Assembly: GCA_963826785.1 (NCBI GenBank)
Contig: CAWGYD010000009.1
Location: 1-64,000, forward strand
Direction of reading: 5' to 3'
Length of the DNA: 64,000 nt
Origin: an uncultured delta proteobacterium
GTDB taxonomy: Bacteria; Desulfobacterota; Desulfobacteria; Desulfobacterales; Desulfosalsimonadaceae
A program made the translations under genes and the position numbers. The notes below the pieces were generated by a model. The model searched no databases. It was not told the origin of the DNA and worked only from the letters and a program-made list of their open reading frames with translations. The first letter of the stretch is position 1. Every line of letters begins with the position of its first letter. Positions 41,918 through 55,322 of the stretch are shown piece after piece.

Positions 41918-44365
41918 TCAGTTTCCGGAAGCGGCTTTTCCGGCTTTTTCTCTTTTGGCGGATGCGCGCTTGGGTTTCGGAGTAGCGATCAGATCGCTGC
42001 CGATGGCCACTTCAATGACTTCATCGATGTGGGTGACCGGGATGAACTTGATCTTGCGCTTGACATTCTTGGGGATCTCGACCAGTTCCCGTTTGTTTTT
42101 TTCCGGGATGATGATGGTTTTGATCCCGGCCCGCAATGCCCCCAGCGCCTTTTCCCGCAGCCCGCCGATGGGCAGCACCCGCCCCCGCAGGGTGATTTCC
42201 CCGGTCATGGCCACTTCCGTGTTCACCGGGCGCTGGGTAACGGCGGAGATGAGCGCCGTGGCCATGGCGATGCCGGCAGAAGGCCCGTCCTTGGGGATGG
42301 CGCCGGCCGGCACATGAATATGAATATCGAGATTTTCGAAAAAATTTCTTTCCAGCCCGAAATCATTGATGTGCGACCGGGCGTAACTCACCGCCGCCCG
42401 GGCGGATTCCTGCATGATCTCCCCCACCTGACCGGTGATGATCAACTCCCCCTTTCCTTCCAGCAGAGACGCTTCCACATAGAGGACCTCACCGCCCACG
42501 TTGGTCCAGGCAAGTCCGGTGGACAAACCGATCTGACTCTCTTCCTGGTCCATTTCGGGGATAAACTTGGGGGGTCCGAGATATTTCGGCAGCGACTGCC
42601 GGGTAATATGAAAAGGCCCCTTGTCCCCTTCGGCGATCTTGCGGGCGATCTTCCTGCAAATGGCGCCCAGTTCCCGTTCCAGATTCCGCAGGCCGGCCTC
42701 GGAAGTATATTCCTCGATGATCTGCCGAAGGGCGGGGGGGCTGATCTCCAGATGATTTTTCCGCAGGCCGTTTTCCTTGAGCTGCCTGGGGAGCAGGTAG
42801 CGTTCGGCGATGATCCCCTTTTCCTCGATGGTATACCCCGACAGGTAGATCACCTCCATCCGGTCCAGCAGGGCGGAAGGGATGGTATCGGTAATATTGG
42901 CGGTGAGGATGAACAGCACATCCGACAAGTCAAACGAAAGATTCAAGTAATGATCGCTGAAGCTGGCGTTCTGTTCAGGATCCAGGGCTTCGAGAAGCGC
43001 GGAGGAGGGATCCCCGCGAAAATCGGAGCCGATTTTGTCAATTTCATCCATCATGAACACCGGATTGCGGGTACCGCATTGTTTCAGTCCCTGCAGGATA
43101 CGACCGGGCATGGCGCCGATGTAGGTCCGGCGATGTCCGCGGATTTCCGCTTCATCATGGATGCCCCCCAGCGAAAACCGGAAAAATTTGCGGTTCATGG
43201 CCTTGGCGATCGCCTGGCCCAGCGAGGTCTTTCCTACCCCGGGCGGCCCCACGAAACAGAGAATCTGCCCTTTTTTCTGAGGATTGAGTTTCCGGACGCT
43301 CAAGTATTCGAGTACCCGGTCTTTGACAATATCAAGGCCGTAATGATGCTTGTTGAGCATCTTTTTGGCCGCCGGAATATCGATGACATCCTTTGAGGCC
43401 TTGCTCCAGGGAAGCTCCGTCATCCAGTCCAGGTAGCCGCGCACCACCGTGGCTTCGGAAGAATCCGGATGCATCATTTCGAGGCGCTTGAGCTGTTTTT
43501 CCGCTTCCTTTTGCGGTTCCTTGGGCAGCTTGGCCCGTTTCAGCCGTTTTCGATAGTCTTCTATCTCATCGGCCTTTTCATCAAATTCCCCCAGCTCCTT
43601 GTTAATGGCGCGGACCTGCTCTCTTAAGAAATAATCCCGCTGGCTCTTTGATATTTCGTTTCTGACATTGGACTGGATCTTGGCCTGCATCATGGACAAG
43701 TCGACTTCACGGGTCAGGTAATCGTTTACCACCTGCAGCCGCTCTACCGGATTGGTGATCTCGAGCAGTTCCTGGGCTTCTTCAATCTTGAGCTTCAGGT
43801 TCGATGAGACCAGGTCCGCCAGCTTGCCGGGGTGTTCGATGTCTTCCAGAAGAACACCGATCTCGCTGGAGTATTCACCCCGTATCGTGAGTATTTTTTC
43901 GCAGTTTTCCCGGACATTGCGCATTAATGCCTGATGTTCAAGTTGAGCATTTTCAAAATAATCATCCGATATAACTTCGATTTTAACATTATATACGTAT
44001 TTTCTGCTCACGAATTTTTTAATCCGGCCCTTGGTCAAGCCCTGCACCAGGATCTTGAACTGCCCTTCCGGAAGCTTTAAAATACGCAGAATGCGGCATA
44101 TGGTACCGACCCGGTAAATCTCTTCCGGTTTCGGATCCTCGAGGGAGGGGTCTTTCTGGGTTGCCAGAAAGATCAGGCGATCTTTGTCCATTCCAGCCTC
44201 CACCGCCTTGATGGAACGCTCTCTGCCGATGAAAAGGGGCAGGACCATGTCTGTAAAGATCACCACATCCCTTACCGGCAACAGCGGCAACTGGGCCGGC
44301 ATCACCGGTTTGACATCTCCGTCTTCCAGCAAACTGACGAGATCGTCTTTGTCTGTCTCTGCCAT
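41918..44365 (-). CDS. lon: Lon protease
   Basis: LPLLPVRD, GPPGVGKTS, RGHRRTYIGAMPG, DEIDK, PKDGPSAG, GGLREK. Confidence 0.98.
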   Translation of the reverse strand: MAETDKDDLVSLLEDGDVKPVMPAQLPLLPVRDVVIFTDMVLPLFIGRERSIKAVEAGMDKDRLIFLATQKDPSLEDPKPEEIYRVGTICRILRILKLPEGQFKILVQGLTKGRIKKFVSRKYVYNVKIEVISDDYFENAQLEHQALMRNVRENCEKILTIRGEYSSEIGVLLEDIEHPGKLADLVSSNLKLKIEEAQELLEITNPVERLQVVNDYLTREVDLSMMQAKIQSNVRNEISKSQRDYFLREQVRAINKELGEFDEKADEIEDYRKRLKRAKLPKEPQKEAEKQLKRLEMMHPDSSEATVVRGYLDWMTELPWSKASKDVIDIPAAKKMLNKHHYGLDIVKDRVLEYLSVRKLNPQKKGQILCFVGPPGVGKTSLGQAIAKAMNRKFFRFSLGGIHDEAEIRGHRRTYIGAMPGRILQGLKQCGTRNPVFMMDEIDKIGSDFRGDPSSALLEALDPEQNASFSDHYLNLSFDLSDVLFILTANITDTIPSALLDRMEVIYLSGYTIEEKGIIAERYLLPRQLKENGLRKNHLEISPPALRQIIEEYTSEAGLRNLERELGAICRKIARKIAEGDKGPFHITRQSLPKYLGPPKFIPEMDQEESQIGLSTGLAWTNVGGEVLYVEASLLEGKGELIITGQVGEIMQESARAAVSYARSHINDFGLERNFFENLDIHIHVPAGAIPKDGPSAGIAMATALISAVTQRPVNTEVAMTGEITLRGRVLPIGGLREKALGALRAGIKTIIIPEKNKRELVEIPKNVKRKIKFIPVTHIDEVIEVAIGSDLIATPKPKRASAKREKAGKAASGN

Positions 44366-44617
44366 AAATCCACCTGTTGTTCTTTATTTCAATGACTTAG
44401 ATCATTCGATCCAAATAAGATAAGCATCGGTATTTTATATTCAATATGCAATGAAAAAACGCGATGGCGTTCCGGTGCGTTTGAGCTGTCTTGATCTATT
44501 ATGTTTATTTTCCAACTTCAACCCTAAAATCATTGATTTGAGTGAAAAACGATTATGATGTTTGAAAAACAGCCGGTTTGTGTTATTGATCCGAAACACG
44601 ATAAGTCAAGGAGTTTC

Positions 44618-45409
44618 ATGGATCCAATCGCTGTTTCGTTCATGCCGGAGCCTCTGTCGATGATCATGGCTTTTATTTTCGGGGCCTGCATCGGCAGTTT
44701 TTTAAATGTCTGCATTTCCCGGATGCCCCAATCCATTTCCATCGTGAAACCGGGTTCCCGGTGTCCCGACTGCAAAACTCCGATCCGGGCCTATGACAAT
44801 ATCCCGATCTTAAGCTTCCTGTGGCTTCGGGGCAAATGCAGGGGCTGCGCAAAGTCCATCTCTGTCCGCTATCCCCTGATCGAGGCGCTGACCGGCGGAC
44901 TTGCCGTCGCCGTCCTGCTGAAGTTCGGCCTCTCTTTTGATGCGGCCGTCTATTTCATTTTCATGTGTGCACTGGTGGTCATCACCTTCATCGACATCGA
45001 CCACCAGATCATTCCCGATATCATTTCTCTGCCGGGGATCCCCGTGGGAATACTGGCATCGATCCTGCTGTCTTCTTTAACTTTCTGGGAATCGATCATC
45101 GGGGCGGTCTTCGGAGGCGGCATTCTCCTTTCCATCGCCTGGGGATACTATCTGTTCACGGGCAAAGAGGGCATGGGCGGCGGCGACATTAAGCTTCTGG
45201 CCATGATCGGCGCCTTTGTCGGATGGCAGGGTGTGGTATTCACGATTTTCCTTTCGTCGGTGACCGGAACCGTCGTCGGTGTTCTGCTGATGGCTTTTGC
45301 CCGGAAAGATCTGAAATTTGCGGTCCCTTTCGGCCCTTTCCTGTCCATTGGCGCCATCGTCTACGTATTTTTCGGTCCTGCAGTGATCACCTGGTATTAC
45401 TACGGTTGA
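44618..45409 (+). CDS. pilD: Prepilin peptidase
   Basis: GSFLNV, CPDC and CRGC, FIDID, GMGGGDIKL, PFGPFL. Confidence 0.95.
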   Translation: MDPIAVSFMPEPLSMIMAFIFGACIGSFLNVCISRMPQSISIVKPGSRCPDCKTPIRAYDNIPILSFLWLRGKCRGCAKSISVRYPLIEALTGGLAVAVLLKFGLSFDAAVYFIFMCALVVITFIDIDHQIIPDIISLPGIPVGILASILLSSLTFWESIIGAVFGGGILLSIAWGYYLFTGKEGMGGGDIKLLAMIGAFVGWQGVVFTIFLSSVTGTVVGVLLMAFARKDLKFAVPFGPFLSIGAIVYVFFGPAVITWYYYG

Positions 45410-45497
45410 ACTACAAAAATCAGCGACTTGCCGCCATTCCCCCGTCAAAACCCCTGTTTTCAGGCACACCCGGCGAAGATGCAAGTTCTGATTTTTC

Positions 45498-45526
45498 TTG
45501 ACACACCAGAATGTTAAAAGTAACTT
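45498..45526 (+). promoter_or_regulatory. sigma70-type promoter upstream of HU
   Basis: TTGACA-17 nt-TAACTT. Confidence 0.55.
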
Positions 45527-45701
45527 CGATGTTGTCGAATCGCCGATATTTCTTGCCATTCAGCGAATCGTTGATCAAATGTTCTTTGCCAGATTCCGAC
45601 TAAAGCGGATCGTTTTTCCCCATACCGGAAATCTCCGGTATCCTCAGGCAACTGTAAACCCAGGAACAACGGCAATCCAATCCAACGAAAGGAGAAACAC
45701 G

Positions 45702-45971
45702 GTGAACAAAAAAGACTTAGTAAACGAAGTATCCAAAGTCGTCAGCACCAAGAAAGAGGCACAGGCAGCTGTGGATTGTGTTATCCAGACCATCAGCGAT
45801 TCACTTGCAAAAGGCGATACCGTAACGCTGGTCGGCTTCGGGACCTTCAAGGCGGTAAAACGAGACGCCAGAACCGGCCGCAATCCCCAGACGGGCAAAC
45901 CCATCAACATCAAGGCCAAAAACGTCCCAAAGTTCGCTCCCGGCAAGGCTCTGAAGGATGCGGTAAACTAA
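45702..45971 (+). CDS. hup: DNA-binding protein HU
   Basis: GTG start after AAGGAG; NKKDLV...LVGFGTF...RTGRNPQTG...PKFAPGKALKDAVN. Confidence 0.96.
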   Translation: MNKKDLVNEVSKVVSTKKEAQAAVDCVIQTISDSLAKGDTVTLVGFGTFKAVKRDARTGRNPQTGKPINIKAKNVPKFAPGKALKDAVN

Positions 45972-45994
45972 ATTCCGGCTCCTTATCCCACTTC

Positions 45995-46050
45995 TTTTGA
46001 ATTGTACCTCAAGTAATTGTCTTTATAAATACTTGGGGTACAATTCAAAA
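45995..46050 (+). terminator. 21-bp hairpin downstream of HU
   Basis: TTTTGAATTGTACCTCAAGTA / TACTTGGGGTACAATTCAAAA (one G-U pair). Confidence 0.6.
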
Positions 46051-46167
46051 TCCCATGCTCCATTTATATTCCGCTTCTCTCAGTTTTGTTCTACTTCTTA
46101 AAGACATCGACGGGCTTTTTATTCCATAAAGGCCGGCGCACTCATTTCGGCCCCACGAGCCAATGAT

Positions 46168-46204
46168 AAAAAAAGGCGGCACATGTTTAAGTGCCGCCCT
46201 TTTT
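46168..46204. terminator. Bidirectional intrinsic terminator
   Basis: A7-GGCGGCAC-loop-GTGCCGCC-CTTTTT. Confidence 0.8.
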
Positions 46205-46224
46205 GTATCATTTAAGAAAAAACG

Positions 46225-46563
46225 CTAATGGCTGCAGGAGCCCCCTTCTGAAGTGGACCCGCAACCCGAGCATCCGCCGCCGCTGCCGCCCATATTCAGA
46301 TTTGAACGGATCTGGAAACCCATTCCCTGATAATCGATGGTTACGGGCTGGGCCTGTTCCATCAGATCCTTGCTGGCAATGATCTGAAATCCATTAACAT
46401 CAAATACCTCATCCGACTGTGTCGGCTCATCCAGAGCCAATGACAAAGACGGACCGCCTCACCCGGATTGGTTGAGGAACAAGCGGATCGGCTTGGTCTC
46501 CATCTTGTTGTCCTCAAAGAACTGATTGATTTTCTGCTGTGCAGAATCCGTTACTTCCAGCAT
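46225..46563 (-). CDS. HesB/IscA-like selenoprotein (UGA = Sec at codon 35), 112 aa
   Basis: GGAGG RBS with ATG at 46563; MLEVTDSAQQKINQFFEDNKMETKPIRLFLNQSG-TGA(46461-46459)-GGPSLSLALDEP in frame with ORF 46225-46446; SECIS-like hairpin downstream. Confidence 0.9.
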
Positions 46564-46725
46564 GACTACCTCCAAAATAAAGATTTCGCGAAATTTACGC
46601 TATGATAAATAGTATTCATCATTGTTAATTCTGTCAACGGGGTGATTTGTTCCATGAACCTATAGCCCAAACCGGCTGGTTTAGTCCATCGTTTTTTCAC
46701 GCGGCTTGCTTTTTATTTTAATTAT

Positions 46726-47250
46726 TTATTCGATAGATGAAAGGTATTGGCGATATATATCCAGATCCGAGGGCGAGAACAGCACGAAAATGACCTTTTC
46801 GATGGTTTCATTTCGGTTCAGGAAGTCCACTGTGGTGTCGATGGCGATCTTTGCGGCATCCCCTATGGGATACCCATAAATGCCGCAGCTGATGGCCGGA
46901 AAGGCCACAGATGCCACATGGTTCTCCACGGCGCGTTTCAGGCTGTTTTCATAGCAGCCGGCCAGCAGTTCGGCATCTGCCTTCCTGCCGCGATAAACCG
47001 GCCCCACGGTGTGGATGACAAATTCTGCGGGCAAATCGTAGCCCTTGGTGACCTTGGCCTCACCGGTCTCACATCCTCCCAGGGTGCGGCATTCCTCCAG
47101 CAGCCGGGGCCCGGCCGCACGGTGGATGGCGCCATCCACGCCGCCGCCGCCCAGCAGGGTCTTGTTTGCGGCATTCACGATGGCATCCACCGACAGCCGC
47201 GTGATATCCCCGAGCATCAGCTCGATGCGCGCTATGGCATTGCTGGACAT
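46726..47250 (-). CDS. Macro-domain O-acetyl-ADP-ribose deacetylase (YmdB-like)
   Basis: [43 protein letters not shown]. Confidence 0.93.
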   Translation of the reverse strand: MSSNAIARIELMLGDITRLSVDAIVNAANKTLLGGGGVDGAIHRAAGPRLLEECRTLGGCETGEAKVTKGYDLPAEFVIHTVGPVYRGRKADAELLAGCYENSLKRAVENHVASVAFPAISCGIYGYPIGDAAKIAIDTTVDFLNRNETIEKVIFVLFSPSDLDIYRQYLSSIE

Positions 47251-47407
47251 TGTCTCCTCCCCAAATCCACTTTTTGCATCCATGCAAATAGATGCAAATA
47301 ATTCTTAAATTGACTTAACTATCGCCTTCTGGTATTTCCCGGTGCACTTAAAATATACATCCGATTGATTTAAATTCATCAAATTCATTATAGAAAGGAA
47401 TCATTTT

Positions 47408-47821
47408 ATGCAAAGAACGCTATCGCTCATCAAACCGGACGGAGTTTCACGGGGGCTGATCGGAGAGGTGATCCGGCGGTTTGAAAAAAACGGCATCCGG
47501 ATTGCGGCCATGAAAATGCTGCACTTGACCCGGGCACAGGCGGAAGGCTTTTATGCCGTGCACAAAAACCGGCCCTTTTTCCAGAGCCTGACCGAGTTCA
47601 TGTGCTCCGGACCCATCGTCGCCATGATCCTGGAAGGGGAAAACGTGATCGAAAAAAACCGGACCCTGATGGGCGCCACCAATTACAAGGAAGCCGCCGA
47701 AGGAACCATCCGGGCCGATTTTGCCACGGATATCGAAAAAAATATCGTTCACGGCTCCGATGCGCCGGAAACTGCCGAATTCGAAATGAATTACTTCTTC
47801 AACCGCTTCGAAATCGTTTAG
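47408..47821 (+). CDS. ndk: Nucleoside diphosphate kinase
   Basis: IKPDG, SGP, GTIRADF, NIVHGSD. Confidence 0.98.
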   Translation: MQRTLSLIKPDGVSRGLIGEVIRRFEKNGIRIAAMKMLHLTRAQAEGFYAVHKNRPFFQSLTEFMCSGPIVAMILEGENVIEKNRTLMGATNYKEAAEGTIRADFATDIEKNIVHGSDAPETAEFEMNYFFNRFEIV

Positions 47822-47851
47822 ATTCAACCAACCTGCAGGGCAATATCCAAA

Positions 47852-47899
47852 CTCGCAGGGAGCGTAAAGTTCAAATTCTTTCTTTGCGCTCTTTGCGAG
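47852..47899 (+). repeat. Imperfect palindrome between convergent ndk and lepA
   Basis: CTCGCAGGGAGCGTAAAG / CTTTGCGCTCTTTGCGAG; mismatches are G-U compatible on the + strand. Confidence 0.55.
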
Positions 47900-47923
47900 A
47901 AATCTCTTCCAACTTCCAACCGA

Positions 47924-49717
47924 TCAATCCTTGCTTTTTAAAACCGAAAGAAACGCGGACTGGGGTATCATGACCTCCCCCACCATCTTCATCCGCTTTT
48001 TGCCTTTCTTCTGCTTTTCCAGGAGTTTTCGCTTCCGGGTAATGTCCCCGCCATAGCACTTGGCCGTTACGTCCTTGCGAAAAGGGGAAATGGTTTTGCG
48101 CGCGATCACCTGGGCGCCGATTGTCCCCTGGACGGCGATCTTGAACATCTGGCGCGGAATCTCGTCTTTCAATTTGTCGCAGGCAAACCGGGCCCGCTCC
48201 ACCGCTTTGTCCCGATGCAGGAGCATGGACAGGGCATCCACCCGTTCCCCGTTGACCAGAAAATCCACCCGGACCAGGTCGGTATCCCGCATGTCGAGCA
48301 TTTCATAATCGAAGGACCCGTATCCCTGGGTGACGGATTTGAGCTTGTCGTAAAAATCGTAAACGACTTCGGCCAGGGGCAGTTCGAAAACCATTTCCAT
48401 GCGGTCGCGGGTCAGGTACTGGTAGTTGCGGTTGATGCCGCGCCGCTCCAGGCAGAGCGTCATCACCGCGCCCATATAGCGGTCCGGGATGATGATGGAG
48501 GCCTTGATGAAGGGTTCCTGGGATTTGGCGATGGTGGTGGGTTCGGGATACAGGGCCGGGTTGTCGATCCGAACCACAGTGCCGTCATTGAGTTCGATGC
48601 GGTACTCCACCGACGGGGCGGTGATGATCAGGGAAAGATCATATTCACGTTCCAGCCGCTCCTGCACCACTTCCAGATGCAAAAGCCCTAAAAAACCGCA
48701 CCTGAAGCCAAACCCCAGGGCCACGGATGAATCCTTTTCATACACCAGGGATGCGTCATTTAAGGTGAGTTTCTCCAGCGCCAGGGCCAGATCCGGGTAA
48801 TCATCAGTGGAGACCGGATACAAAGACGAGAATACCACCGGCTTGCTGATCTTGAAACCCGGCAGTGCCTTGTCGCAGGGTCGGCTTTTCAAGGTGATGG
48901 TGTCGCCGATCCGGGTATCGCTGACGGTTTTGATGCCCGCGATCATGTACCCCACCCGTCCGGCGGCCAGTTCTTTCTGGGGCATCCGCTTGATCTGGAG
49001 GATGCCGACTTCCTCCACCCCGTATACCGCCCGGTTGGACATGAACATGATTTCATCTCCGGGCCTGAGCGTGCCTTCGAATACCCGGCAATAGATGATG
49101 GTTCCCCGGTAGGGATCATAGTGGGAATCGAATATCAGCGCCTTCAAGGGGGCACCAACATCCCCTTTGGGCGGCGGCAGCTTGGTCACCACGGCTTCCA
49201 GGACCTCGTCGATGCCGATCCATTCCTTGGCGGAACACAGGATGGCGCTCTCCGGGTCCAGTCCGAGATCGTCGGCGATCTGCTCCTGCACCATCTCGAT
49301 TTCAGCGGATGGCAGATCGATCTTGTTGATCACCGGGATGATTTCCAGATCATGCTCCAGGGCCAAATACATGTTGGCGATGGTCTGGGCCTCTACGCCC
49401 TGGCTGGCGTCGATCACCAGCAGAGCCCCCTCGCAGGACGCCAGGGCGCGGGAAACCTCATAGCTGAAATCCACGTGCCCCGGTGTGTCGATGAGGTTGA
49501 GCCAGTACTGTTTGCCGTCGGCCGCGGTATAGGGGAGGCAGATGGTCTGGCTCTTGATGGTGATTCCCCGCTCCCGTTCGATATCCATGGAATCGAGCAT
49601 CTGATTTTTGAAATCCCGTGCGGAAACGATATCCGTCTTCTGGATCAGCCGGTCTGAAAGGGTCGACTTGCCATGGTCGATATGTGCGATGATGCTGAAA
49701 TTGCGTATATTTTTCAT
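47924..49717 (-). CDS. lepA: Elongation factor 4
   Basis: IRNFSIIAHIDHGKSTL, DTPGHVDF, GFRCGFLGLLH, KCYGGDITRKRKLLEKQK. Confidence 0.98.
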   Translation of the reverse strand: MKNIRNFSIIAHIDHGKSTLSDRLIQKTDIVSARDFKNQMLDSMDIERERGITIKSQTICLPYTAADGKQYWLNLIDTPGHVDFSYEVSRALASCEGALLVIDASQGVEAQTIANMYLALEHDLEIIPVINKIDLPSAEIEMVQEQIADDLGLDPESAILCSAKEWIGIDEVLEAVVTKLPPPKGDVGAPLKALIFDSHYDPYRGTIIYCRVFEGTLRPGDEIMFMSNRAVYGVEEVGILQIKRMPQKELAAGRVGYMIAGIKTVSDTRIGDTITLKSRPCDKALPGFKISKPVVFSSLYPVSTDDYPDLALALEKLTLNDASLVYEKDSSVALGFGFRCGFLGLLHLEVVQERLEREYDLSLIITAPSVEYRIELNDGTVVRIDNPALYPEPTTIAKSQEPFIKASIIIPDRYMGAVMTLCLERRGINRNYQYLTRDRMEMVFELPLAEVVYDFYDKLKSVTQGYGSFDYEMLDMRDTDLVRVDFLVNGERVDALSMLLHRDKAVERARFACDKLKDEIPRQMFKIAVQGTIGAQVIARKTISPFRKDVTAKCYGGDITRKRKLLEKQKKGKKRMKMVGEVMIPQSAFLSVLKSKD

Positions 49718-49860
49718 TGAATGCGCGTTTGTGCCTGCCGGATTATTGAATTGAAATTCTAAATACAGGTAAAAGCAAATTGACTTGTGTCAAGTCCCTA
49801 TGCTACGTCTGTAATTGCCTTTTTTGTGAAAAGACGCCTATTTATCAGGAATATGGGCGC

Positions 49861-50817
49861 ATGTCAACATATGTGAACGATGCGAAAGGAATAAATTCCG
49901 GGACCATGACCGCACAGATTCTGATCGTTGATGATGACACGGGCGTCCGCAGCGCCATGGAAGAGTTCCTGTCCATGTTCGATTACACCACCCATACCGC
50001 CGGCAGCGCCGAGGCGGCCCTCGAGTTTCTCAAAACCCGGTCCGTGGACGTGATCATCACCGATATCATTCTTAACGGCATGGATGGCCTGGAAATGACC
50101 CGGCGGGTCAAGGAACACTATGACACGGATGTCATCGTGGTCACCGGTTACACCGCCGAATACTCCTATGAAGAAGCCGTCAGCAAGGGGGCCGATGATT
50201 TTATCTTCAAGCCCTTGAAATTCGAAGAGCTTCTCCTGAGGCTCAAGCGGGTGCTCCGGGAGCGGGAACTCACCCGGGAGCGGTCCCAGATGCTGGAAAA
50301 GTTAAGGCAGATGGCCATCACCGACGATCTCACGCAGCTTTACAATTCCAGGCATTTCTACGATCAGCTGCAGCAGGAAATCAGCCGGTTTGACCGGTAC
50401 CACCATTGCATTTCGCTCCTGCTCATCGATATCGACCATTTCAAATATTTCAATGACAGTTACGGGCATCTGGAAGGCGACCGCATTCTTCACCAGATGG
50501 GAGGACTGATCACCTCGTGCCTTCGGAAAATGGATACCGCCTATCGTTACGGTGGCGAGGAATTCACGGTGATCCTTCCGGAGACCCCCTGCGATGCGGC
50601 ATACAAGGTCGCAGAACGGATCCATGAAACCGTCGGCCAGCAGCTTTTTGATTCGGTCAACGGCGATCGCATCACCGTGAGCATCGGCGTGACGGAATAC
50701 CAGCCCGGTGAATCCATGAATGAATTCATCAAACGGGCGGATCAGGCCATGTATATCGCCAAGGGAAAGGGCCGCAACCGGATCTCTTCTCTTTTACCGG
50801 ATCAACCCCAGGGCTGA
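49861..50817 (+). CDS. REC-GGDEF diguanylate cyclase response regulator (start uncertain)
   Basis: ILIVDDD, ITD, FKP; DIDHFK, RKMD I-site, YGGEEF. Confidence 0.92.
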   Translation: MSTYVNDAKGINSGTMTAQILIVDDDTGVRSAMEEFLSMFDYTTHTAGSAEAALEFLKTRSVDVIITDIILNGMDGLEMTRRVKEHYDTDVIVVTGYTAEYSYEEAVSKGADDFIFKPLKFEELLLRLKRVLRERELTRERSQMLEKLRQMAITDDLTQLYNSRHFYDQLQQEISRFDRYHHCISLLLIDIDHFKYFNDSYGHLEGDRILHQMGGLITSCLRKMDTAYRYGGEEFTVILPETPCDAAYKVAERIHETVGQQLFDSVNGDRITVSIGVTEYQPGESMNEFIKRADQAMYIAKGKGRNRISSLLPDQPQG

Positions 50818-51783
50818 TCGATTTTCACCTTCAAAAACAGATCCCCTTTTTCTCCCCCGGGTATTGTACGGCCCAGCCCTTTCAATCTCAGCACATTGCC
50901 TTCACGGGTTCCTGAAGGCACCACGATGTTATAGGATCGGTTGTAGAATCCCCATGGAATGGTGACCATCTTTCGGGTGCCTGCCCTGGCCTCATAAGGC
51001 GTGATCCGAAGGACATCGTACATATGAACCTCATCCGAAACGCCGGCGGGCCGAAGCACCTGGAGCCGTTCGGTTCGTTTCCGAGCGATCCCCGGACGCT
51101 TGTGAGCCCCGGCTGCGGGCTCCGATTTTACCCGGAACGCCTTTAGCGCAATCACTCCGAATAAGAACCCCCCGATGTGCGCCCACCAGGCGATTCCACT
51201 GGCAAACGCCTGGCCGATGCCGGCATTGGCCAGCTGAAATACGAACCAGAAACCCCAGGAAGAAGAAGGCCGGAATTTCAATGATCCAGGGGATGATGAT
51301 GATGGGAATGAGCGTGAGGATCCGGGCGTTGGGAAACAGCACCAGATAGGCGCCCATCACCCCGGCGATGGCACCGCTGGCGCCGATGGTTGGCATGGCG
51401 GAATTAATATTGACCAACAGGTGGCACAAACCCGATATCAAACCGGCGGCCAGGTAGAACGCCAGGTAATAAGAAGAGCCGAGCCGGTCTTCGACGTTGT
51501 CCCCGAAAATGTATAAAAACCACATATTCCCCAGAAGATGCCAGAATCCGCCGTGAAGGAACATGAAGGAAACCAGGGAAAACAGCTGCTGTCCCAGGGT
51601 GAAATGGGCGGCATAAAACGGCACCGAATACCGGGCCGGTACCAGGCCGTAGGTGAATATGAACTGCTCGAGATGCGGCCCCTGGGCCATCTGCAGCAGG
51701 TAAACCGCAACATTGATGCCGATGAGGGTCATATTGACCACCGGGTAATTCCGGGAAGGAACGGTATCGCGCAGTGGTATCAT
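50802..51783 (-). CDS. Rhomboid intramembrane protease with C-terminal DnaJ_C-like domain (frameshift near 51251)
   Basis: HGGFWHLLGNM, GASGA, AWWAHIGG; C-terminus ITPYEARAG...VPSGTREGNVLRLKGLG...KGDLFLKV. Removing one T joins ORFs 51031-51783 and 50802-51281. Confidence 0.88.
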
Positions 51784-52635
51784 TTATATGTGCAGGGGCT
51801 TGATCTTCATGCTGATGTCCACAGAAACGGCGCTATGGGTCAGGGCCCCCACGGAAATAATATCGATGCCGGTATCGGCCAGCAGGGGCAGATCTTCCAT
51901 TTTCACCTGACCGGAAACTTCAACCAGGGATTTGCCGCCGATAATGCCCACCGCCGTGCGGATCAGGTCCGGCCCCATATTATCGAGCATGATCACATCC
52001 GCACCCGCCGAAAGGGCCTGGCGCACTTCCTCCAGACTCGATGCCTCGATCTCGATCTTCAACAGATGCGACACCCGGCTGCGGATCGCCTCGATGGCCG
52101 GGTGGATGCCGCCGAAAGCGGCAATGTGGTTATCCTTGATCAGCACGCCATCAAAAAGCCCCATACGGTGGTTATGCGCACCGCCCGCGCGCACAGCATA
52201 CTTTTCCAGCATCCGCCATCCCGGGATGGTCTTTCGCGTGTCCACCAGCCGCACGGAACTGTTTTTCAGGGCGTTGGCATATTTTCTGACATTCGATGCA
52301 ATCCCGGACAGACGCTGAAGAAAATTCAATCCTGTCCGCTCACCGGTCAGCAGGGCGCCCATGCGGCTGGAAACCTCTGCGATCACGGTTCCGGCCTGAA
52401 CCGCTTCGCCGTCATGAAAGCTTGAATAAAATACCGCATGGGGATCGAGTTTTTCAAAGACGCGCCGTATGACCGGAAGCCCTGCGATGACCAGGTCCGC
52501 CTTGGCCAGTATCTTTCCTTTACCCGGGTCCCCCAGGTTGGGAAGAAACCCCGTGGTCACGTCGCCGGGACCGATATCTTCTTCGAAGGCCAGTTCGATC
52601 AGGTGGTCGATGACAAAGGGGTTGAGTTGATCCAT
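51784..52635 (-). CDS. nadC: Nicotinate-nucleotide pyrophosphorylase
   Basis: EDIGPGDVT, ERTGLNFLQ, DTRKT, LIKDNH, MLDN, SVGALTHS. Confidence 0.96.
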   Translation of the reverse strand: MDQLNPFVIDHLIELAFEEDIGPGDVTTGFLPNLGDPGKGKILAKADLVIAGLPVIRRVFEKLDPHAVFYSSFHDGEAVQAGTVIAEVSSRMGALLTGERTGLNFLQRLSGIASNVRKYANALKNSSVRLVDTRKTIPGWRMLEKYAVRAGGAHNHRMGLFDGVLIKDNHIAAFGGIHPAIEAIRSRVSHLLKIEIEASSLEEVRQALSAGADVIMLDNMGPDLIRTAVGIIGGKSLVEVSGQVKMEDLPLLADTGIDIISVGALTHSAVSVDISMKIKPLHI

Positions 52636-52652
52636 GATATAATTTTCCGCCT

Positions 52653-55322
<2,670 letters not shown>

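Noticed and set aside
45498..45701. N-terminally extended HU (157 aa) as called by the ORF track
   Set aside because: A strong RBS and GTG at 45702 give a normal 89-aa HU; the upstream TTG is part of a -35 box.
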